A DNA stretch of 24,547 nt from Bdellovibrionota bacterium (GTDB taxonomy: Bacteria > Bdellovibrionota_C > UBA2361 > OMII01): positions 1 to 24,547 of the forward strand of contig JBIJBE010000048.1 in assembly GCA_044345405.1 (NCBI GenBank), in the 5' to 3' direction. A program made the translations under genes and the position numbers. The notes beneath the pieces were generated by a model. It searched no databases, was not told the origin of the DNA, and saw only the letters and a program-made list of their open reading frames with translations. Within the stretch, counting starts at the first letter, position 1, and each line of letters begins with the position of its first letter. Positions 17,076 through 24,547 of this stretch are shown here, in pieces.

Positions 17076-18077
17076 ATGCTCGATACCACTACGTCCCTCG
17101 AAAATTCTGATCAATCAGCTGTCGCTCAGAGCGAAACTTCGGTACCAGGTACCTCCTCATCTTTCTCCTCGGTCGAGCAGATCTTAAGGGACCCGAACGC
17201 CTGGGAGGTGTGTGGCTGCCCTCTGTGTGGAACTCAGCCGACTGACCGTGATGTTAGGCACGTCTTTCCGATGTCACGGTATGTGAAGTGTGGATCGTGC
17301 TCGCTGGTTTTCCTCTCGCCCCGACTCAAGGAGTCTCGCATGCGCGAGGTGTATGAGAGCAGCGCTTACTTTGAGGGGAGCGAAACTAATCTCGGCTATC
17401 AGAGCTATTCTAGTCAGGATGAATGCTATGCGCGCACGTTTCGACAACGGCTGCAGCGCGTTCTGCGCTATCAGAGCCCCTGTCGATCGCTCGACATCGG
17501 GTGTGGTACGGGAATCTTGGTGGAGGAGGCGCATAAGCTCGGCTATGAGGCCCACGGTATTGACGTTTCAGCGCACGGACTTTCAACGCGGCTTCAAGCT
17601 CTCGGAGACCGCTTCCGCTTGGGAACGCTCGACGAGGTAAAGTATCCGGAAGGGCATTTTGGGCTCGTCACGATGTGTGACGTGGTCGAGCACATCTACG
17701 ATCCCCGGGCGTTCGCGAAGTCGCTTGCGCGAGTGATTCAGCCTGGAGGTATCGCGGCATTAGCGACACCGAACTACGACGCGCTGCTGCGTAAATGTCT
17801 CGGCAACCGTAATGTCTCATTTAAGATCCCTGAGCATGTCACCTACTACACTACAGAGACTCTTAGTGACGCGATGGGTGATGATTTCGAACTGATCGAA
17901 AGTCGGCCGACCGGACAGGTGTGCACCCTTGGATTCCTACGTATCCGTCTTGCTCGCCTCTCAAAGGCGCTGGATATACCGTTCGCTGTCCTCTCACGAG
18001 TGGTCGATCTCGAGAAGGTTTCGTTCTATGTGTACTCGGGTTCTATCTTCGCGTTGTATCGAAAGAGATCTCGCTAG
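17076..18077 (+). CDS. Class I SAM-dependent methyltransferase with an N-terminal Cys4 Zn-binding region
   Basis: CPLC...CGSC N-terminal pair, SAM motif I LDIGCGTG, HGIDVS, DVVEHI, PGG...TPN and PEHVTYY. This type is often glycan-associated. Confidence 0.9.
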   Translation: MLDTTTSLENSDQSAVAQSETSVPGTSSSFSSVEQILRDPNAWEVCGCPLCGTQPTDRDVRHVFPMSRYVKCGSCSLVFLSPRLKESRMREVYESSAYFEGSETNLGYQSYSSQDECYARTFRQRLQRVLRYQSPCRSLDIGCGTGILVEEAHKLGYEAHGIDVSAHGLSTRLQALGDRFRLGTLDEVKYPEGHFGLVTMCDVVEHIYDPRAFAKSLARVIQPGGIAALATPNYDALLRKCLGNRNVSFKIPEHVTYYTTETLSDAMGDDFELIESRPTGQVCTLGFLRIRLARLSKALDIPFAVLSRVVDLEKVSFYVYSGSIFALYRKRSR

Positions 18078-18300
18078 GCTCATTTTGTAACACTCTAGTA
18101 TCCGCGTTGAAGCCGATCTGTCCGCGAGCTGCGAACGTAATACGCGGAACTATGAACGTAGAACCTAGTAAGTCATGCGTCCTTCGTTCCCGAGGGCTGC
18201 TTCCAAAAAGTACTCATAATCTGAATCCAGCATGGTGAAATGGTTTTACTCGTTCTTGGCTCTCCTGTAGGGTGAATGTATTCAACGAAGAGGTGCTACC

Positions 18301-18384
18301 ATGCGTAACGTTAAGGCAACACAGAGTGAAGATTCGGTCGACGTAGATGCGTCGTTCGTGATTCTTCCATCCAACAACCGTTGA
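18301..18384 (+). CDS. Putative 27-aa small ORF, or the 5' end of a decayed gene extending to 18571
   Basis: SD GAGGTG (18290-18295) 5 nt before ATG 18301. Translates as MRNVKATQSEDSVDVDASFVILPSNNR-TGA. Below the ORF-track cutoff. Confidence 0.35.
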   Translation: MRNVKATQSEDSVDVDASFVILPSNNR

Positions 18385-18632
18385 GGTTGGCCTTGAAGTC
18401 GCCAGCCTTTCCTGGAGCTGGCGGAGCGTTATCGAAGACACGAGCGATATCCAAACGTACGGCGCCGTAGGCGACCCCCGCGATTGAGGTATTCTCGAGC
18501 TAGACCTCGACCCCCAGACATCGGAAAGCCGATTCACGCTAATCTCTCAGATTTTCAAACAGGCAGGCTAACGCCCGAACGCTACCTGTGTTTCCGCGCT
18601 GCTCCAAGTGGGAGTGCGCGAAGGAGGTTTAT

Positions 18633-20435
18633 ATGTTCTCAAAGATACGATCAAATACGTTATATTATCTTGTCACGCGGATGTGGCAGTTCGGCGAGGG
18701 ACGTCGTCCCGCAATTGTGGTTTCGATGGTCATGTCGGCCGCAGCGATGGGTACGTGGCTCACCATCCCGCTCGTTATGGCGCGGTTTATCACCGCTGCG
18801 CAGGACGCGGCTGACTCGTCAGACCTATGGCGTAGCGGACTCCTGCTTGCTCTTACGGTTCTCCTCGGGATCGTTGGATGGTTCTTTCACGGTCCCTCGC
18901 GGGTCATGGAGATGATCTCCGGATTTGTGGCGAGGCGGAATATCCAGCTCGGGCTTCTGACGCGAACGACGAAGTTGCCGGCGGGATGGCACCAGGCGCA
19001 TCACAGTGGTGAGACGATCGATCAGGTATCAAGAGCCGCTTCGGCGCTCGCTGATTTCACGGAAACCGCGACCCTGGTGTTGCAGGTATTCGCCCGATTC
19101 ATTGGCGCGATGGTGATGATGTCGCTCTTCATGCCGAGCGCGGGGCTTATCGTCATGGCGAATGCCCTTGTGGTGGTCGGCGTTGTTACCCTTTTCGATA
19201 GGCGCCTCGTACCGATGTATGAGAGCGGCAATAAGGTGCAGAACAAGGTGGCGTCGAAGGTGCAGGACTACCTCACGAATATTCGAACGGTCATCAGTCT
19301 GCGACTTGAGGATCGGGTTGTTGAGGAGGTGTCGCACCAACTCGACCGCCTCAGACCGATAACTGAGCGGGCGAGCGTTACGCAGGAGATAAAGTGGTTC
19401 GTGGCGAACCTCTTAGTAGATCTCACCCGAGCGTTGACGCTCTTCGGCTTCGTATTCGTGACGATTCGGGCCGGAAAGCGGATAGAGGTTGGGGCGCTGT
19501 TCGCTCTAAACGAGTACCTGATCGCTATCGGAACCTCGTTCTTTGAGTTGACGTGGCGATGGGGAGATCTCGTTATTAAGGCGACGAAGCTTCGAGCGGT
19601 TGAGCATATCGAGGGCGATTACAGGCAACTCGTGGAGCGCGGAGGAGACGCTACGCTCCCCAAAGATTGGCAGGAGGTTCGCGTTCGAGATGTTTCATTC
19701 CGGCATGCCCAGAGCGATCACGGTGGGGGTGGCGTGTATGGTGTAGACCTTACTCTTACCAAGGGAAGGAGCTACGCGATCGTTGGAGGAAGTGGAAGTG
19801 GTAAGTCGACCCTTCTTGGACTCCTGCGAGGATTAAACACCGCCATGACCGGTGTCGTTGTGTGTGATGGAGCCCAGATGCCCCACGGACTCTTATCTGT
19901 GTCTCATGTGACGACACTCGTGCCGCAGGACCCTGAGGTGTTCGCGGACACGGTGCTCAAGAACGTGACGATGGGGATTGAGGCCCCAACGGAGCGAATC
20001 ATGGCCGCCATCGAGATGGCGGGTTTTAGTGAGGTGCTTGCCAGACTTCCGCGGGGGATCGATACGAACATCGCTGAAAAGGGTGTGTCGCTCAGTGGCG
20101 GAGAGAAGCAACGCCTCGCGCTTGCAAGGGGGGTCTTCTTCGCCTTCGACGGAGAGTCGGAGATCCTTTTGCTTGATGAATCAACGAGTGGTGTCGATGT
20201 CGTGAAAGAGAAGCGGATCTACGAGGCGGTCTTGCGGCATTTCTCCCGACAGGTGGTGGTCGCCACTACCCACAAGTTCAATCTCCTGCCGCTCTTCGAC
20301 GAGATAATCGTCATGGAGAAGGGGCGGATGATTGAACGGGGCCCACTTCCGGAGCTTCTCAAGCGCGCAGGAGTGCTCTCTTCAATGTGGAGAGAGTTCG
20401 CTGGAGCGCAGAGCGATCTGGAGGTGGTTGTGTAA
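18633..20435 (+). CDS. Fused permease/ATPase ABC exporter (MsbA/MdlB-like half transporter)
   Basis: SD AAGGAGGT before ATG 18633. N-terminal TM domain, Walker A GGSGSGKST, Q-loop VPQD, signature LSGGEKQR, Walker B LLLDE and H-loop TTH. Confidence 0.93.
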   Translation: MFSKIRSNTLYYLVTRMWQFGEGRRPAIVVSMVMSAAAMGTWLTIPLVMARFITAAQDAADSSDLWRSGLLLALTVLLGIVGWFFHGPSRVMEMISGFVARRNIQLGLLTRTTKLPAGWHQAHHSGETIDQVSRAASALADFTETATLVLQVFARFIGAMVMMSLFMPSAGLIVMANALVVVGVVTLFDRRLVPMYESGNKVQNKVASKVQDYLTNIRTVISLRLEDRVVEEVSHQLDRLRPITERASVTQEIKWFVANLLVDLTRALTLFGFVFVTIRAGKRIEVGALFALNEYLIAIGTSFFELTWRWGDLVIKATKLRAVEHIEGDYRQLVERGGDATLPKDWQEVRVRDVSFRHAQSDHGGGGVYGVDLTLTKGRSYAIVGGSGSGKSTLLGLLRGLNTAMTGVVVCDGAQMPHGLLSVSHVTTLVPQDPEVFADTVLKNVTMGIEAPTERIMAAIEMAGFSEVLARLPRGIDTNIAEKGVSLSGGEKQRLALARGVFFAFDGESEILLLDESTSGVDVVKEKRIYEAVLRHFSRQVVVATTHKFNLLPLFDEIIVMEKGRMIERGPLPELLKRAGVLSSMWREFAGAQSDLEVVV

Positions 20436-20677
20436 GACATCGGCCCTCCGGGACAATTCCGTCGGATCCTTAATTGGTCTGCACATCCTTCGGAATCTGG
20501 AGGGGCGTCTCCCGACGGACCGGAGGGTGAACCACTGTGGCGGACCGAGTTTCTGCGCGTGTGGACACGGGCCCGCCGGGACAATTTGATCGGAATGCGC
20601 TGTTTGATGGGTTCTGATCGTATCTGATGAGATCACATCATGTCAGGTTGCCCCTCCGATTCTAGCCCTAGATTGAT

Positions 20678-20706
20678 TTGAGTGGCTCAGGTGATGCTGG
20701 TAGCTT
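20678..20706 (+). promoter_or_regulatory. Sigma70-type promoter for the 20718 ORF
   Basis: TTGAGT (20678-20683), 17-nt spacer, TAGCTT (20701-20706), with extended TG. Shares GCTGGTAG with the rpsO promoter. Confidence 0.55.
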
Positions 20707-20717
20707 GAACGGGTCGT

Positions 20718-21452
20718 ATGTCCCTCGTTGTACACAAAACCGCACTACCCACCTCACACACCGCGCCTTCCTGCGCTCCTCTACAGTCCAACCTCTTCTC
20801 TGAGCTGCTTGGCCCAGATCACGACGCATGGCGCGTGGCTCGCAGAGATCGCGCCTACAGCTTCTATCGGGAGGTCGGTCACGACCATCCGCGCCTTCCG
20901 TTCGGTTCTATCGTACTCACCACCGAACCCGGTAAGCCGCAGACCTTCGATTTTTATTCCGGGCGACGGAAGCACTCGCTCTTGCAAACGTTTGGAGATG
21001 AGGTGCCGCGAGCGGCTCAGATCCTGATGGACCGGGAACACGTCATTTCTCTCTTCACGAGGTGTGCTGTTGAGCTCGGTCGCAAGAATTGGGACCACCA
21101 CCTCAGTTTCTGTGGAGATCAGCTCAAGGAGCGGTGCGCGACGTTGCGATACGGTACTCGGTTATTCGACCATGTCGTGGGTAACACCCATTCTCGATTC
21201 TCCCGATCGACCAGCGGTAGAGAGGAACTCTCGCTGCCTCGCACAGAGGCAGGTCTTGTGGTGTCGCAGTACGACAATGGAGTTCCGGTCGTACGGTGTT
21301 TAATCGCAAATCCAAGAACTATTGAGGCAACGTTTGCCTCCTCCCGACTGGTGCCGGGGCTCGACGCTATTACCGGCGCAATGGTGGGGCTTATTCAGGA
21401 GCTCAATCGCAGCGTTGAGGACCGCGGTCTCTTTGGGGGCGGGGAGTTCTAA
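20718..21452 (+). CDS. Hypothetical soluble protein
   Basis: 244-aa ORF filling the gap, with a promoter immediately upstream and a convergent 4-bp stop overlap with the next gene. No recognised motif. Confidence 0.6.
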   Translation: MSLVVHKTALPTSHTAPSCAPLQSNLFSELLGPDHDAWRVARRDRAYSFYREVGHDHPRLPFGSIVLTTEPGKPQTFDFYSGRRKHSLLQTFGDEVPRAAQILMDREHVISLFTRCAVELGRKNWDHHLSFCGDQLKERCATLRYGTRLFDHVVGNTHSRFSRSTSGREELSLPRTEAGLVVSQYDNGVPVVRCLIANPRTIEATFASSRLVPGLDAITGAMVGLIQELNRSVEDRGLFGGGEF

Positions 21453-21964
21453 CGACCCTCGCGTGGCGGAATCGTCCCCAAGAATATATGCCGTAGGGTT
21501 CCCGCCCCTAAATGTCGATCCACCTCCACGTACGAGTTGTAGAGCATGAGCGATACGAATAGCCAAATTGCGTTCGCCGCCGTGTGTGGGAGTGAAACCT
21601 GTGAGGTGAGGGTCTCAAGTGAGGTGAGGGGGCCTTCATGGTGAAGCAGTCCGCTGACGATATGCTCACTGCATAGAAACAGGGCGCAGAAGAACGCGTA
21701 GATAACGCTCCGCCACACAACAGAGATCAGCACCGGTCGCCCCTGAAAGATGTGCAGGTAGGGAAGCTTATTCGCGACGAGGATAGCTTTACCTCCAAAG
21801 AGGGCGCCAACCGCGGCGAATACGGTATGGGTTGGAGTGATGCTGTACGATTCGAGGAGGAGCCAATTTGTCAGTGCCACAAGCTGAAACATACAAAAGA
21901 GAAAGATGACCGGTTTGACGATCTCGCGCAGATCGTTGGCGAGAGCGGTGAGGAATCTGTGCAT
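21449..21964 (-). CDS. Hypothetical membrane protein (about 4 TM helices)
   Basis: SD AAGGAG. Hydrophobic segments VIFLFCMFQLVAL, VFAAVGALFGGKAILVA, VIYAFFCALFL and AIWLFVSLMLY. Confidence 0.8.
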   Translation of the reverse strand: MHRFLTALANDLREIVKPVIFLFCMFQLVALTNWLLLESYSITPTHTVFAAVGALFGGKAILVANKLPYLHIFQGRPVLISVVWRSVIYAFFCALFLCSEHIVSGLLHHEGPLTSLETLTSQVSLPHTAANAIWLFVSLMLYNSYVEVDRHLGAGTLRHIFLGTIPPREGR

Positions 21965-22144
21965 GCGATAAGCTCCTTAGTGAGGTGCCTTTCTCTTACC
22001 ACACAGAGACCGATGTGACGAGGTCCCGCCTCCGGGCCGCCGTTGTCACTACTGCTGGGGGTGATGTACGCCATACCCCTAGTCCGTTACCTGGGATAGT
22101 TCCTCTGGTACTCACGTTCCGTTTGCGCAGGGGGAGGGCTACCG

Positions 22145-23554
22145 ATGTTCGTTCGCAGATTCGCTTTAACGACGCTTTCAGTACTGACAACCATATTCTC
22201 AACAGGTGCCCAAGCCGTAGACTTCAGCTCGCTTGAGTGCGGGGCAATCCCCTCTCAACAGGCCGCAGACTATAACGTTACTATACCGTGTACCGCTGTC
22301 GTACGCCGAGCGGGAAGTGGTACGTGGTATAACGCTCCTGGTCAGGAGTGTCCCACATTCTGTCGCGCCATCGCGAGTGTAAACGTTCCATCCCCAGACG
22401 GATTCAGTTGCACCTCAGGAGAAGAGCGTCCCTGGTCGGCCATCGGCGTGGTTAATTACGCTCCGACGGGATGCTGGCACGACTGTCGGTCTCCGGAGGG
22501 GCGAGCGGGCGCTGTGAGCGTGGGGCCCCGATGTTACGCACCCGGTCAGAAACGCGACAACGACCGCACGGACACTACCGTCGGATGCTACTGCGCTACC
22601 GGTGACATCGAATCAAATGTCGTTGATATCGGCATTCACGCAAGTGGTACCGCGCAGAGCGTGGGAATCTCTCACTGGGTAACGGGATTAACCAACATTA
22701 CCGCTGCGGCTATGAACGATCGCCCGGGAAGGGTGTCTTATCTCCGAGGTGGTATACCGCTTTCTGGGGAGGCTGTCGTTCGATTTGTTGTGAACATCAA
22801 GGGGTCCTGCGGTACGAGCATCGCGATGTCTGGACGAACGAACGGCTCGGGGGGAACGTCATCCGCATCGAGCGAGATCGTCATCGCCCTACCCGCGTGT
22901 CGCGCGGTGTGTACCGATGGAGTTGATAACGACGAGGACGGTGAGGTTGATAGTAAGGACTTCAGTTGTGTAGCGTCGCGAGGTGAGAGCGAGGATCTGC
23001 CACAGTCCGCGTGCCAGAACGGGCTTGATGACGATGATGACGGCGCTGTCGACGAAGAGGATTCGGGCTGCGACGACGCACAGGATAACTCCGAGGATGG
23101 TGGAGGCTCGACCTGTGAGGCTCCAGTTGATCACGCGGACGAACTCTTAGCTCTCGAGGAGATAATTCGCGCACAGCGGGTCGTTCTGTACGAGCTCGTC
23201 GATCCGATAATCAAGGCGTCCCGTGACGAGGCCGTGAAAGTGAGAGCTCAAGAGTTGCGTCACCTGGCGGATACGATTAAACGCCAGCTCGTTACCGATA
23301 TGAACCGGCGGTATCCGAAGACGACGCTTCAGTGCGCGGGATGCCTTACACAGGAGCTATCTCAGATTAAAATTGACTTCGTCTTGCAGTCGCGACGGAT
23401 GCTTCGCCTGACGAGACAGGTCGTTCTCTTCGCCCGGAGTGTGACGCCGGGCCTCGCGGTGAGAGCGCCCCTTCAATCAGCGGATTCTCTCTTCCAAAAG
23501 TTCAGAGGCGCAGTAGGGGTGTTGCCGAGCTCAACATCGCAATGTTCCGAGTAA
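22145..23554 (+). CDS. Secreted Cys-rich modular protein with two Asp-rich C-x-[DN]G-x-D-[ND]-D-x-DG repeats
   Basis: SD GGAGG and signal peptide ...STGAQA-VDF. 20 Cys in total. Repeats CTDGVDNDEDGEVDSKDFSC and CQNGLDDDDDGAVDEEDSGC, then a helical C-terminal domain. Confidence 0.8.
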   Translation: MFVRRFALTTLSVLTTIFSTGAQAVDFSSLECGAIPSQQAADYNVTIPCTAVVRRAGSGTWYNAPGQECPTFCRAIASVNVPSPDGFSCTSGEERPWSAIGVVNYAPTGCWHDCRSPEGRAGAVSVGPRCYAPGQKRDNDRTDTTVGCYCATGDIESNVVDIGIHASGTAQSVGISHWVTGLTNITAAAMNDRPGRVSYLRGGIPLSGEAVVRFVVNIKGSCGTSIAMSGRTNGSGGTSSASSEIVIALPACRAVCTDGVDNDEDGEVDSKDFSCVASRGESEDLPQSACQNGLDDDDDGAVDEEDSGCDDAQDNSEDGGGSTCEAPVDHADELLALEEIIRAQRVVLYELVDPIIKASRDEAVKVRAQELRHLADTIKRQLVTDMNRRYPKTTLQCAGCLTQELSQIKIDFVLQSRRMLRLTRQVVLFARSVTPGLAVRAPLQSADSLFQKFRGAVGVLPSSTSQCSE

Positions 23555-23574
23555 GAAGTGAGTGGCGTGTGGTC

Positions 23575-23979
23575 TTAGACGCTGTTAGCGGCCCGCTGAA
23601 TAGCGGGACACACCTTCTCCAGCTCTCGCACGAGATCCTGAGGAGCGAACGGTTTGCTGAGAAAGGCGGTAAGGTTTCCTCCCTGTGCTGAAGCAACCTC
23701 CTGCGGCGTGGCGTGTCCTGACATTAAGATGAACGGGGTATTTACCCCCTTGAATCGCAACGCGAAGAGGAGCTCGATACCGCTCATCTCCGGCATTCTA
23801 AGGTCGCTCACGATAGCGTCGGGCATCCCACCCTGCTCGATATGCTCTAAGACCATCCTTGGAGAGGAGAGGGCGGTAACCTGACACTTGAGGCTAGAAA
23901 GGATAAGGGTGAGTGCCCGCAGGATTCCCGGTTCATCGTCTACGAGTACGAGCTTAATACCTTCAAGGGTTTGCGCCAT
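23575..23979 (-). CDS. Single-domain response regulator (CheY-like receiver)
   Basis: LVDDE, phospho-acceptor SDLRMPEMSG, LMSGH and FLSKPF. SD GGAGG. Confidence 0.93.
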   Translation of the reverse strand: MAQTLEGIKLVLVDDEPGILRALTLILSSLKCQVTALSSPRMVLEHIEQGGMPDAIVSDLRMPEMSGIELLFALRFKGVNTPFILMSGHATPQEVASAQGGNLTAFLSKPFAPQDLVRELEKVCPAIQRAANSV

Positions 23980-24175
23980 CGGTCGAAGCCTCCCTGCACC
24001 ACAGGCTAGGATAATCTCTAGCCCCTTGTATGTTCGATGCCGCAGGAGGCAAATCTACTCGCGAGGAGGGCGAAAATATTTTTCAAGATGCCGTAATGAA
24101 TAGAGTTTCGGTTTTACAAAAGCACGTTTGAAAGCTATTTACGAAGGGGCTTTCCCGTGTTCTGATCCCACTCCT

Positions 24176-24547
24176 ATGACCGTACCGCATAAGAAGTCCG
24201 ACCTTTCCCCGATGATGCAACGCTACCTTGAGACGAAGGAGCAATACCCTGACGCCCTTCTCTTTTTTCAGGTCGGAGACTTCTACGAGCTCTTCTTTGA
24301 CGACGCGGTTGTGGTCGCCAAGACCCTTAACCTCACCCTCACCTCCCGAGACAAGAACGCGCCGAACCCAATACCGATGTGTGGGGTTCCCTTAAGCGTA
24401 CTCGATGGGTACATCGATCGACTCCTTCCGATGGGACATTCGATCGCTGTCGTAACGCAGACCGGTTCCGGGTCGGGTGTCGATCGAGCCCTTGAGCGGT
24501 TCATCACCCCGGCGATGCGGCTCTTCACGAGCGTCTCCTCAGATTCC
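24176..24547 (+). CDS. mutS: DNA mismatch repair protein MutS, N-terminal domain (truncated by window end; absent from the ORF track)
   Basis: Manual translation from ATG 24176: MTVPHKKSDLSPMMQRYLETKEQYPDALLFFQVGDFYELFFDDAVVVAKTLNLTLTSRDKNAPNPIPMCGVP..., containing the GDFYELF mismatch-binding motif. Confidence 0.96.
   Translation, partial: MTVPHKKSDLSPMMQRYLETKEQYPDALLFFQVGDFYELFFDDAVVVAKTLNLTLTSRDKNAPNPIPMCGVPLSVLDGYIDRLLPMGHSIAVVTQTGSGSGVDRALERFITPAMRLFTSVSSDS

Noticed and set aside
18214-18915. ORF-track ORFs 18214-18537 (-) and 18484-18915 (+), and the idea of TGA recoding joining the 18301 sORF to them
   Set aside because: The products are Arg/Ser/Pro-rich and non-protein-like with no SD, and the + ORF overlaps the ABC gene out of frame. 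TGA is a normal stop elsewhere in the window.
22910-23100. GAT/GAC-rich repetitive DNA
   Set aside because: Explained by Asp-rich protein repeats. It is not a CRISPR array or DNA-level tandem repeat.
16746-24175. Accessory stretch as a prophage or genomic island
   Set aside because: No integrase, transposase, tRNA attachment site or flanking direct repeats were seen, and no obvious compositional break by eye.

Overview
A chromosomal window from a GC-rich diderm (lipid A-producing) bacterium. Protein style suggests a delta-proteobacterial/Bdellovibrionota-like lineage, which is inference only. From left to right: (1) the 3' part of a translationally coupled surface-glycan operon (Wzm-like ABC-2 permease end, two GT4 glycosyltransferases, a GT-C/PMT-like transferase fused to a discoidin-like domain, and an LPG-synthase-TM/flippase-like protein); (2) an unexplained module of a small Cys-cluster protein divergent from an alpha/beta-hydrolase-fold protein lacking the nucleophile Ser, plus a 675-aa TPR-like protein; (3) skp-fabZ-lpxA without adjacent bamA/lpxD/lpxB; (4) rpsO-pnp, an orphan exported protein, and rpsA, with recognisable promoters, structured leaders and terminators; (5) an accessory stretch with a Zn-finger SAM methyltransferase, a small ORF or gene remnant, a fused ABC exporter, two hypotheticals, a Cys/Asp-rich secreted protein and a lone receiver domain; (6) the 5' end of mutS, which the ORF track missed. 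I saw no rRNA, tRNA, CRISPR array, transposase or integrase. The best candidate for an undescribed system is the Cys-protein / pseudo-hydrolase / TPR trio next to the lipid A genes, but a functional link is hypothetical.
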